In this document: in pieces, positions 1 to 8,311 of the stretch
How the letters are laid out: every line of letters starts with the position of its first letter
Position numbering within the stretch: the first letter of the stretch is position 1
DNA from: a virus
Taxonomy: Duplodnaviria; Caudoviricetes
Reading direction: 5' to 3' (one strand)
DNA length: 64,000 bases
Virus record (IMG/VR): IMGVR_UViG_3300028591_000141
Coordinates: 1 to 64,000 of that record
Notes under the pieces: model-generated
What the model saw: the letters and a program-made list of their open reading frames with translations, nothing else
What the model was told of the DNA's origin: nothing
The model's database searches: none
Translations under genes and position numbers: made by a program

Positions 1-1098
1 CAGCACACCGGAAAGTCTTTCGGCAACACTGCTGAATATGCTTGCGTCTTTTGTCTGTTCTGAAATACCGCTGTCCTGGCTGCTAATTCCCCTTGCTTCC
101 TTAGCGACCTGAATAGCAGTTTTCATATTTCCGTAATTGAACTCTGCTTCTATTTTTCTGTTCGCTTCGTTTGCAAGTGCGGCTTCTTCTTTTTTTGCTT
201 CAAGAATAGCTTCAAACCTTTTCGCATATTCATCCGCTGCGTTTGTTGCATCTTTTGTCTTTGATGTTACCTGTCCAGTTTCTTCTATAATATCCTTGAT
301 GTCTTTCTTAATGCCTGTGTACGGGATAATGGCGTTTTTGCCTCCGGACATGGGGGTTGTGTTTCGTGCCATACCCTCCATCAGGTCATTTGTCTTTCCG
401 AGGTAGTCATTCAGGTTTCCAACTTCCGAACTCATGCCGGTCAGGTACTGGACCGGTTCGCCCAGTCTGGCATTCATCGTATCAACAGCGTCTGATACCG
501 TGCCTTCGACCTCAATGGCGCCTTCCTTCCATGCTGTCCATCCTTTTTCCACATCTGTGGAAACGCCCGTCTGGTCTCCGGCCGGCAGCGACATGGATGA
601 AATAATCCGGGAGTATGCTTCAAACATCTCCCTAAACTGCTCAATTCCTCCGCTCCACGCCTTGTTCTGCATCAGTGCCTGCGTATCGCGCAAAGAGGAA
701 TTCATCCCGTCGATGCCGCCTTTTGCTTCGAAAGTGCGGCTCTTAATGTCTTCGAAACCGGTATTGATTCCGGACATGTCCTGCATTGTTTCCCGCACAG
801 CGGACCGAATGCTTTCAATGCTTGTCCCGCCGCCGATGCGGATGTTCAGGTCACCCATGCCTTTCAGTTTGCTGAGTTCATCGGCAAGCTGTCCGAGCTT
901 TACAAGCGTGGAACCGCTCAGCTCGTTGTTGATGACGTCAGTCAGTTTTTTCAGGCTGGTGGCAACAGTGCCGAGTTTCAGTCCACCTGATACGGCATGT
1001 TTAATACGAACAAGCGCGTCATCGAGTCGTTCAAGGCCTGTTGCCGCACTTTCGGAATTATCCTTAATTGTTAATTGAAGTACTCCTACATCCGGCAT
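1..1098 (-). CDS. Tape measure protein, N-terminal part (runs off window)
   Basis: ATG at 1098 (MPDVGVLQLTIKDNSESAATGLERL...), directly downstream of tail chaperones; helical A/K/E-rich sequence. Confidence 0.8.
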   Translation of the reverse strand, partial: MPDVGVLQLTIKDNSESAATGLERLDDALVRIKHAVSGGLKLGTVATSLKKLTDVINNELSGSTLVKLGQLADELSKLKGMGDLNIRIGGGTSIESIRSAVRETMQDMSGINTGFEDIKSRTFEAKGGIDGMNSSLRDTQALMQNKAWSGGIEQFREMFEAYSRIISSMSLPAGDQTGVSTDVEKGWTAWKEGAIEVEGTVSDAVDTMNARLGEPVQYLTGMSSEVGNLNDYLGKTNDLMEGMARNTTPMSGGKNAIIPYTGIKKDIKDIIEETGQVTSKTKDATNAADEYAKRFEAILEAKKEEAALANEANRKIEAEFNYGNMKTAIQVAKEARGISSQDSGISEQTKDASIFSSVAERLSGVL

Positions 1099-1132
1099 AG
1101 TCTTTTCCTCCTCGATGACGCGCCCCGTATTT

Positions 1133-1615
1133 TTACTGCCCAGATCCCGCCTTTGCCTGCTGTTCCAGCCTGCGCTCGATGTTTTTGTTCATCTTCGCCG
1201 CCATTGCCTGGAACATTGCCATGGCCAGTTGGGACTGGTCTTCTTCGTGTTTCTTCCGAACCTCTTGCTCTTTCTCCGCTTCGTACTTCTCAAAGAACGG
1301 TTTGTCCGGATAATCCGGAAGTTCCGTTCCCTGTTTCACGTTCAGCCCGCCAACCAGAAGCGGTACGCATTGCAGCACTCTGATAATGTACTGGCCCATG
1401 TACCAGTTGTTCCGGTCAGCCATCCGCTGTTCGTTTTCCATCCGCATCCGGTATGCTTCGCGGTATGCCTTCTTCAGCCCGTATTCGCCGTCCCAGTATT
1501 GTTCCGGCGTCATGCCCATCAACAGATAGTGCGGAAAGAGCTGGTCAAATATATCTCCATACGGGGTAGAGCTCGCCTGCTTTGGCTTTTCGCCTTCCGT
1601 CAGACGGTCTCCCAC
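1133..1615 (-). CDS. Tail assembly chaperone, -1 frame (gpGT-like C-terminal part)
   Basis: Overlaps upstream chaperone in -1 frame; 'YLLMGMTPEQYWDG' motif; GGAAAAC slippery candidate at 1627-1633. Confidence 0.7.
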   Translation of the reverse strand: MGDRLTEGEKPKQASSTPYGDIFDQLFPHYLLMGMTPEQYWDGEYGLKKAYREAYRMRMENEQRMADRNNWYMGQYIIRVLQCVPLLVGGLNVKQGTELPDYPDKPFFEKYEAEKEQEVRKKHEEDQSQLAMAMFQAMAAKMNKNIERRLEQQAKAGSGQ

Positions 1616-2001
1616 GTAGGGTTCTCGTTTTCCTCTTCGCCTTCAGGTTCTGCCATCAGTTCCTCCAGCGGCTTCATGTACAGCTTGGTCAGAATGCCAA
1701 GCAGTTCGTCCTTCTTGGTCTGCTGTTTCCAGATTTCCTTGGCTTTGTCCGGGGACATGCCCTTGTGGTGCATCTGGAACGCGCCCAGGAACAGGTCTTC
1801 GATCATGGTATGAGGGAACTCGGTGTCCAGTTTGAATCCCCGGCGTTCCATGTTCTTGACAACGCGGGCGTTATACTCCAGCGTGTAGCTGTTGCCCTCT
1901 TTGTCCTTGATGATTACCTTGGAAAAATCTTTTTCAGTCGCAGCCATGGGCTTGCCTTCCTTTCTCGCCTGACTCGCAGGCACGCTTTTTTTGTTTGCCA
2001 T
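1600..2001 (-). CDS. Tail assembly chaperone (gpG-like)
   Basis: Position between tail tube and tape measure genes; 'YTLEYNARVVKNMERRGF'. Confidence 0.75.
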   Translation of the reverse strand: MANKKSVPASQARKEGKPMAATEKDFSKVIIKDKEGNSYTLEYNARVVKNMERRGFKLDTEFPHTMIEDLFLGAFQMHHKGMSPDKAKEIWKQQTKKDELLGILTKLYMKPLEELMAEPEGEEENENPTWETV

Positions 2002-2073
2002 GTGGGTTTCCTCCGTTGTTTTATAAGCAGGGGTTCGGGAGAGGGACCATTCCCTCTCCCTTCCCCGTACTCA

Positions 2074-2520
2074 TCAGGTGGAGCTGAACACAACGACCGT
2101 GCTGGGCGTTGCGTTGATGGTCATACCGACGGCCTCGTTCACGCCGCCGCCGCTGACGCCGGCAGAGAGTTCGCCGGTCCAGGTGAACTTACCCATGTGA
2201 CCGTCAGGAACCTCGTTGCCTGCGGTACCGCTGGCGCCAAACCAAACGGCGTACTCATACTGATGGCCTTCCAGCGCGACAATTGCCGCGTAGTTCTCCG
2301 GGGTGTAGTTTGCGCCGAACTGGAACTCGGACGTGTCGCCGATACCCTGGATGTAGACCCTCATGTAGTCAGACAGGCTCGTGATGTCGATCCGGTCCTT
2401 TGGGGGAATCAGGTCCGGGAAGGAAGTGATGTCGATGACCCTTGCAAAGGTTCCGCTCGTGGTGGAACGGTACATCAGGTAAGTCTGATACGTGGAAATA
2501 CCTTTCACTGCGCTGGGCAT
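2074..2520 (-). CDS. Major tail (tube) protein
   Basis: 'IDITSLSD...YIQGIGD' tube motif; synteny; downstream hairpin at ~2030-2066. Confidence 0.85.
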   Translation of the reverse strand: MPSAVKGISTYQTYLMYRSTTSGTFARVIDITSFPDLIPPKDRIDITSLSDYMRVYIQGIGDTSEFQFGANYTPENYAAIVALEGHQYEYAVWFGASGTAGNEVPDGHMGKFTWTGELSAGVSGGGVNEAVGMTINATPSTVVVFSST

Positions 2521-2552
2521 AATCTTGGTCTCCTTTCATATGGTTTTGAATG

Positions 2553-2602
2553 AAAAAACGCATGATGCGTGGGTAGAACCCAAACTCGCAATCATGCGTC
2601 TT
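2553..2602 (-). terminator. Intrinsic terminator/attenuator upstream of tail tube gene
   Basis: GACGCATGATTGCG...CGCATCATGCG followed by TTTTTT on minus strand. Confidence 0.7.
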
Positions 2603-2625
2603 TGCAGGTATTCAGTTCTTCGCCG

Positions 2626-3024
2626 TCAGGCTCTTCGGTAGATGTTCCCTTCCGGATCGATCTCCGCTTCATACCTGGCGGTATACCGGAACACTTTCGT
2701 GTTGTCGAAGTTGTTGATGTAATCTCCGCTGATCCGTGTGAAGTTCATCGCAATCATGGCGCCGTCCGCAGCGGCGTAAACCTCTTTGCACTTCGCCTTT
2801 GTCGTTGCGTACACGTCCAACTGGTACATAATCCTGGCCCTGTTTTCAACGGGCGTAGAACTTTGCGCCGCTTTCACGGTCGTATTACTCATCTCGACCA
2901 GGCTTGCCGCGGGAAACGCTGCAGGTGGATCCACAATGGCTGTGCTCACAAACTTTTTGTTTGCGCACAGGGAAGCGGCGGCATTGTATACCTGATTGAA
3001 GATTTTCACTTCAAAGTCAATCAT
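2626..3024 (-). CDS. Tail terminator / tail completion protein
   Basis: 'FPAASLVE...YQLDVYA...FRYTARY' pattern; synteny. Confidence 0.7.
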   Translation of the reverse strand: MIDFEVKIFNQVYNAAASLCANKKFVSTAIVDPPAAFPAASLVEMSNTTVKAAQSSTPVENRARIMYQLDVYATTKAKCKEVYAAADGAMIAMNFTRISGDYINNFDNTKVFRYTARYEAEIDPEGNIYRRA

Positions 3025-3593
3025 GCGCGCTCACCCCTTATATACTCAGCAATAATCCTTCCGCCTGACGCTTCCGCTTCCTCTTCAAGGTCACGAAGCG
3101 TATTGTACATGAAAGGCCTCGATGCCATTCCTTGTGTCCACGCAAGCTTTGTTCCGTCTTCTGCTTCTGTTGTTCCCCACGGTGCCGGGTACCACCATCC
3201 GTGCATACCATGTTTGTGAACATCGTATTTATATCCGGCTTTGTCAGCTTCAGGATGAGGGTGGTTTGCTCCGATGAATCCCGTACCATATTCTACGAAC
3301 ATGGCATAGCTTCCATATTCAGTAATCAACCCTTCTCCGGCCGTGATTTCGGCATAGTCGCCGATTTTCCTGTACAGAATAGAATTCTGTAAGTCTCCGG
3401 ACATATATGGCGGCCCGGGCATAAAAATCAGTTCAGCCTTCGCTACCTCAACGCCCTTTTCCGCAAGCCATGTGATCAGGCACTGCATTGCAGGCTGGAG
3501 CTTCTCCTTAAACCGGTTGACTTCTTGAATGGCTTTCCCAATAGATCGCTCGTCCAACGTCATCTCAATATTCTTAAGGATAAACTGGCCCAT
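3021..3593 (-). CDS. HK97 gp10-like neck/tail component
   Basis: 'SGDLQNSI...YAMFVEYGTG...GMASRPFM' motif. Confidence 0.8.
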   Translation of the reverse strand: MGQFILKNIEMTLDERSIGKAIQEVNRFKEKLQPAMQCLITWLAEKGVEVAKAELIFMPGPPYMSGDLQNSILYRKIGDYAEITAGEGLITEYGSYAMFVEYGTGFIGANHPHPEADKAGYKYDVHKHGMHGWWYPAPWGTTEAEDGTKLAWTQGMASRPFMYNTLRDLEEEAEASGGRIIAEYIRGERA

Positions 3594-3952
3594 CAGTCTC
3601 CACCTGCCGCATGATCTTTAGTCTGCTTTCGCAGTGCAATGCTCACTGCATTCAGGCTTGGGAGCACGGCACGGACTTCATACAGTTCACCTTTCCAGCG
3701 GATAAGTCCGTTTTCATGAATCCCAGGGTCCGGGTTATCCATCACCAGCACATGCGTATAGCGGATATCCTGTCCGTAAAAGGTTTGGTTTACCGTACCG
3801 CTTGGTGCGGAGATGTTCCCCTTCTTCTGCTCGGCGTTCCCGTATGAAGGCTGATACTGACCAGTATGCTCGTTATCTTCGGTCATTGCTTCGGTCATGC
3901 CTTCGTACGGCAGATACTCAAAGTCCGTCATGTTCCTTCTAAGGCACTTCAT
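3593..3952 (-). CDS. Head-closure (stopper) protein
   Basis: Size and synteny after connector gene. Confidence 0.6.
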   Translation of the reverse strand: MKCLRRNMTDFEYLPYEGMTEAMTEDNEHTGQYQPSYGNAEQKKGNISAPSGTVNQTFYGQDIRYTHVLVMDNPDPGIHENGLIRWKGELYEVRAVLPSLNAVSIALRKQTKDHAAGGD

Positions 3953-3964
3953 GGTTTCACCGCC

Positions 3965-4291
3965 TTACTGGATCACCTTGCAGTACGGAACGATTTCAGC
4001 AAGCATACCGTCCGGAATATCTGCCGAGCCGTAATTGCGGTGAATTCCGTTTTCGATGTGCTGGATCTGGCCTTCCGCGCCGATCTTGTTGATCATGTAA
4101 TTGGCAATTTTTAACTGAATAGCTACATACCTGTCCGGAACTTCCAGACCGTCGTAGTCATCCTTAAACGGATACATGCGGTTAAGTATCTTTTGTCCTG
4201 CAAGTTCAAGATAGACTTCAAGGATGCCGCGATCCGTTTCATCCTCACCCATCATGCGGCGAAGCATATCGACCTTTTTGTCAATGGTCAT
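3965..4291 (-). CDS. Head-tail connector (gp15/gp6-like)
   Basis: 'NKIGAEGQIQHIENGIHRNY' motif. Confidence 0.8.
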   Translation of the reverse strand: MTIDKKVDMLRRMMGEDETDRGILEVYLELAGQKILNRMYPFKDDYDGLEVPDRYVAIQLKIANYMINKIGAEGQIQHIENGIHRNYGSADIPDGMLAEIVPYCKVIQ

Positions 4292-4308
4292 CCTTTCCGT
4301 CCCCCTTC

Positions 4309-4539
4309 TTACTTGCTTGCCCTGCGCCGGGAGCTGCTTCTTGTGGGTACCGCTTTTGTTTCTGCCTTTGCTTCTCCCTTTTCAGGTTCATTCTCAGGCT
4401 TTTCATCAGCGGTTTTTTTCGCCGTCTCAAGCACGTCAACGGCTTCTCCAAGATCTGATTCGGTATCAAATACCTCGCCATGTTTGTGCCATCCGTTGCC
4501 GTCCTTCACATTCCACTTGGCTTTAACCAACATGGGCAT
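4309..4539 (-). CDS. Small head-associated hypothetical protein
   Basis: Follows capsid gene; acidic linker and basic C-terminus. Confidence 0.55.
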   Translation of the reverse strand: MPMLVKAKWNVKDGNGWHKHGEVFDTESDLGEAVDVLETAKKTADEKPENEPEKGEAKAETKAVPTRSSSRRRASK

Positions 4540-4598
4540 GTTCCCCTTTCAAAGGTCTTATTCCCGGCGGCAGTCAAACCGCCGCCGGGTAATCGGTC

Positions 4599-5672
4599 TT
4601 ACTTCACCTTAATCAGTGCGACCTGGTTCATCCGCTCATAGCTTGGCAGGACGATTTCGGATGCGAAGGTGTTCAGGTTGACCGGATGAGTATCCATAAT
4701 CTGGGTGATTGCAATGCCCTTGTTGACGATGGCCACGTCCGCCGCGTTGCTTCCCATCAGGTCAGCTTCCTCGGGCGTGGTGCCGCGCCAGGTCTTACCC
4801 AGCGTGCCGTTGGGCAGAACCGCAACGTAGTTGTCCGGCACGAATTTGTGCTCGACTCCGCTCTCATCAGCGTACAGCTTGTCGTAGACAACGATTCCGG
4901 CGAGGTTGAGGGAATCCTTCAGCACTGTGACGATCTGCGGGTCAGTCAGATATCCGACAGCCTGTCCGTTGAGGGTCAGGAACAGATCCTTGATCGCCTT
5001 GATGCTGCGGAACAGCTTGAACGTGGCGTTGTTCATGACGAGAATCTCGCCCTTTGCGCCCTGTTTTGTGATCGCGTCCTGCGCAGCGCGGATGTCAGTC
5101 AGAGGATCCGCTGCGTCGGGCTTGTCCCACGTATAATCGCTGGTAACCGGGAAGTAGTTCGCATTCTTCCAGGAACCATCCGGGTCATAGTTGTAGGTGT
5201 AGGAAACGCCGTTCGCCTCGATGGTGATGCCAACGTTGCCGTTTTCAGCGAACAGCAGCTGCATGATTTCGCGCTCCGCCACAACCAGGGCGCCCTCCAG
5301 CAGGTTGTTCGCGTCATCGAACACGCGGTTCAGCGCGTCGTTCATGTACGGATCGTTCTTTTCACGAATCCGCAGGATGCTCTGGCGGTCTTCTTCCTTG
5401 ATCTTGAAGCCTTCACGGAAGAAGGGCATCTGGGTCTCAAGCATTTTCATGCCGGGCCGGCTGCGGAAGGTTGCCTTCGCGTCGAAGGCGCTGGGCATCA
5501 GGGAAACAGGCAGGCCCTTGTTGCCCTTGATGAACTTCAGATCCAGGCCGGCCTTCTGGTCGGACGGGAAAAGGGTCTCGCCAAGATAGGGAATCTTGTT
5601 GCTCTGGGCTTCAGTCCAGTTGGCAGCGATAACCTTGGGGGTTACCTCCTTACGAAACTCAATCAGGTTCAT
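4599..5672 (-). CDS. Major capsid protein (lambda gpE-like family)
   Basis: 'YLGETLFP...KGNKGLPVSLMPSAFD...MPFFRE' motif; 357 aa; downstream hairpin 4563-4589. Confidence 0.9.
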   Translation of the reverse strand: MNLIEFRKEVTPKVIAANWTEAQSNKIPYLGETLFPSDQKAGLDLKFIKGNKGLPVSLMPSAFDAKATFRSRPGMKMLETQMPFFREGFKIKEEDRQSILRIREKNDPYMNDALNRVFDDANNLLEGALVVAEREIMQLLFAENGNVGITIEANGVSYTYNYDPDGSWKNANYFPVTSDYTWDKPDAADPLTDIRAAQDAITKQGAKGEILVMNNATFKLFRSIKAIKDLFLTLNGQAVGYLTDPQIVTVLKDSLNLAGIVVYDKLYADESGVEHKFVPDNYVAVLPNGTLGKTWRGTTPEEADLMGSNAADVAIVNKGIAITQIMDTHPVNLNTFASEIVLPSYERMNQVALIKVK

Positions 5673-5709
5673 AGGATTTTTCTCCTTTCATAGCTTTTGG
5701 TTTGTTGCG

Positions 5710-6354
5710 TCATACCGGCCACTGCACATGCCGGAGCAGGTGACCGCAGCCGACTCTCACGTCCCCGTAGATCGGTATGCCGGACGTCCGGCACAGGGCG
5801 CAGAAGTAGAGGTCTTCACTGAGCATCCCCCTGTTCGCGTCCCCATAGTTCACCCAGTCATACCAGGGGTATGAGAGCTTCCGGAATACTTCCGTCCGGA
5901 TAAGCGCGCATCCCATTCCGCCGCCGTGGATTTCAATCTTCCGTTCGCCGGCTTCCTGCATTTCGCGCATCTCTTCCGCCGTGTATTCCGATTCCAGCGG
6001 ATAGTGATAATACTCCTTGCCGTCCTTGTCCTTCAGCCTGCACAGGCACGTGCGCCCGTGATACAGGTTGTCGGATCCCCTGTGGGCGTAATACCCAAGG
6101 CAGACCTGTCTCGCGTCTTCAAGGAGCAACTTCAGTGCGTCCTTCGGCAGCGTGATGTCATTGTCCACCATCAGCACATAGTCCGTCTCAAGATCAATCG
6201 CTTTCTGGGCAATGTGGTTTCTCGCCGTCGCAACGTCATAGCCGCGGACCGACTCAAACAGCACCTCATGCCCGCACTTGTCCAGATCCCATATTGACTT
6301 ATATGTGTCCGGGTAAATCGTTTCAAAGGTAGGTACGGCAATGAGAATTCTCAT
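5710..6354 (-). CDS. GT-A fold (GT2-like) glycosyltransferase inside head operon
   Basis: 'ILIAVPT...ARN...DYVLMVDND...GMGCALI...SEDLYFC'. Confidence 0.8.
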   Translation of the reverse strand: MRILIAVPTFETIYPDTYKSIWDLDKCGHEVLFESVRGYDVATARNHIAQKAIDLETDYVLMVDNDITLPKDALKLLLEDARQVCLGYYAHRGSDNLYHGRTCLCRLKDKDGKEYYHYPLESEYTAEEMREMQEAGERKIEIHGGGMGCALIRTEVFRKLSYPWYDWVNYGDANRGMLSEDLYFCALCRTSGIPIYGDVRVGCGHLLRHVQWPV

Positions 6355-6368
6355 CTTCTATCCCCCGA

Positions 6369-6731
6369 TCAGGTTGCTCCGGTCGCGCCGGTAACACCCT
6401 GCACGCCGATGTTGGTCCGGAATACGATTCCGGGCAGCGCACTGTACAGCGCGGACACATAGGTCACTCCGCTGTGGGTCTGTGCCTTGGCAGCGTCGAT
6501 GATGCCCTGCACAACAGCCGCGCCGTTGGGATTCTCAGCAGTGTCCACGTCATACAGCAGAATGCCGATGGCGCCGGAACCAGTGGTGCTCTCTCCGCTG
6601 GCGTTCAGAGGCGTGCCCGCCTTCACGACCGTACCGCTTCCGGGGGTCGCAACCTTCACAGGAATGGCCTGGAAGTCCTTGCTGGCGAGGATCTCAACGC
6701 CGCCGCCAATCGTGGTCTCAGCATACTTCAT
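6369..6731 (-). CDS. Head decoration protein
   Basis: 'VVKAGTPL...AIGILLYDVD' motif; position between scaffold and capsid; Thr/Gly tail GVTGATGAT. Confidence 0.75.
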   Translation of the reverse strand: MKYAETTIGGGVEILASKDFQAIPVKVATPGSGTVVKAGTPLNASGESTTGSGAIGILLYDVDTAENPNGAAVVQGIIDAAKAQTHSGVTYVSALYSALPGIVFRTNIGVQGVTGATGAT

Positions 6732-6804
6732 GTCTTTTCTCTCCTTTCAAAAGAGTAAATATGTGTCCATCGGTTCAAGCCTTCAGGCTGAACCATCCAG
6801 CTTT

Positions 6805-7494
6805 TTACCGCATGTACCCCTTCAAACCGTCAACAACGGATTTCTCGCTTTCCGCGCGCCTTTTGCCCAGGTTCTTTGCGCGTTCAATTGCCGCTGCCTC
6901 TGCAGCGTCATCGCCGCCGTTCCCGCCGGATCCGGGTCCTGGAATCTTGCCAAACTCGATCCGCAGTGCCTTTTCTTTTGCAGTCCATGCCTGCTGGATC
7001 AGCAACAGCGCATTTTCGATGTTTTCACATCCGATCAGGCTTTCCGCAATCTTTCCGGCAGTATCCTCGTCCACGTTGAGTTTCCCCATCACAGACTTGG
7101 TGTTCTTGGCTTTCGCGACTTCCTTCCGGAGATCTTCCAGTTCCTTGGCCGCTTTTTCATCGGCTTCCTTCTTGTTGGCTGCGTCGATCTCTTCCTGGGT
7201 CATCTTTGCCTTCAGCTGCTTCTGCGCTTCGCCGAGCTGCCGCTTGTTGTCGGCCGCTTCGTGTGTGGCTTTGTCCAGCGCCGCTTTCATGCGGTCCATT
7301 TCAGCCTTCATCTGTTCCATCTGGGCGGCGGCGTTATCCCCGCCTTTATTCGGATCATCGCCACCGGCGCCGCCTTTGTTCGGATCGTCGCCGGCAGGAT
7401 CGTTTCCGCCTCCGGAAGGATTGTTTCCGTCTCCAGCAGGTTCAGCAAAAAACTGAAGTTTCATGGGTAAAATTCCGTTGCGCCATGTTTCCAT
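6805..7494 (-). CDS. Capsid scaffolding protein
   Basis: N-terminal 'KLQFFAE' Prp-type motif, G/D-rich linker, coiled coil; RBS AAAGGAGA. Confidence 0.85.
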   Translation of the reverse strand: METWRNGILPMKLQFFAEPAGDGNNPSGGGNDPAGDDPNKGGAGGDDPNKGGDNAAAQMEQMKAEMDRMKAALDKATHEAADNKRQLGEAQKQLKAKMTQEEIDAANKKEADEKAAKELEDLRKEVAKAKNTKSVMGKLNVDEDTAGKIAESLIGCENIENALLLIQQAWTAKEKALRIEFGKIPGPGSGGNGGDDAAEAAAIERAKNLGKRRAESEKSVVDGLKGYMR

Positions 7495-7520
7495 ATTTTG
7501 TTTCTCCTTTGCGTTTTATC

Positions 7521-7591
7521 GACTTCTCTGTCACTTCGTTTTGCGATTTACGTCTTCTCTGACGTTTTGCGATTTACGTCTTCTCTGACGT
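7521..7591 (-). repeat. 26-bp tandem repeat giving three AGAGAA-loop hairpins in scaffold leader
   Basis: TTTTGCGATTTACGTCTTCTCTGACG twice (7539-7590) plus a degenerate copy; stem ACGTC-AGAGAA-GACGT. Confidence 0.8.
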
Positions 7592-7657
7592 TTATTTCAA
7601 ACGGCATTCACCGTTTAAAACCTGATTCCGCGCTTTGGACGCATCAGCATCCATTTT

Positions 7658-8308
7658 TTAATCTTCCACGGATCGAAAGACCGGTCTCCAGAAGCATCTG
7701 CAATTCCAGTGCTTTGGCGGAATCTCATCGGTCCGGAAAATCTGCCCGTCATAGGCATGGCACTCTGTGCAAACTCTTTCGTCTCGCTGCGTGATCCACT
7801 CGATCATCTCTACCCCGGCATCCTCATATGCCTGCACCAGCGCGTAGTCCGTCATGTTAATTGCGTACTGTCCGAGTTGCCGGCTCCAATACCTCAGGGC
7901 TTTGTTAATTTCATAGTCCCTGTCCTGAGCCGCCTCCAGCGTTTCCGAAAGCCTGTAGGCCTTTCGCTCCGTCTCCGTGTCAAATCTGTACAGCGTTACA
8001 AAATCAGTTTCAGTAAGAACACGGTCGATCCAGTTATCGTCAATGGCCTTCCGTGCCTGTTTCTCTCCTTCCTCCCTGTCAAGCCCGCACAGGATCCATC
8101 CGTACATATATGCTTCGTACGCGACCTTTTTGTAACGTTTACGGGCGCGTTCAGCGCTCTTCCTGTAAACCGCCACAACAGTCCGGATGATGTTGACCTC
8201 GTCCCACTTTGCCATTTTCAGCCGACCAAACGCTTCCAGGTTCTCCCGGTTCATCGCTTTAATGGCTTTGTCGCACTCGGCGTAACAATTGACTGTCGTT
8301 TCCTCCAT
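7658..8308 (-). CDS. Minor head protein (SPP1 gp7 / Mu gpF-like)
   Basis: 'WITQRDERVCTECHAYDG...PPKHWNCRC'. Confidence 0.85.
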   Translation of the reverse strand: MEETTVNCYAECDKAIKAMNRENLEAFGRLKMAKWDEVNIIRTVVAVYRKSAERARKRYKKVAYEAYMYGWILCGLDREEGEKQARKAIDDNWIDRVLTETDFVTLYRFDTETERKAYRLSETLEAAQDRDYEINKALRYWSRQLGQYAINMTDYALVQAYEDAGVEMIEWITQRDERVCTECHAYDGQIFRTDEIPPKHWNCRCFWRPVFRSVED

Positions 8309-8311
8309 TTG

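Noticed and set aside
7539-7590. Possible CRISPR mini-array
   Set aside because: Repeats are directly adjacent with no unique spacers; no cas genes
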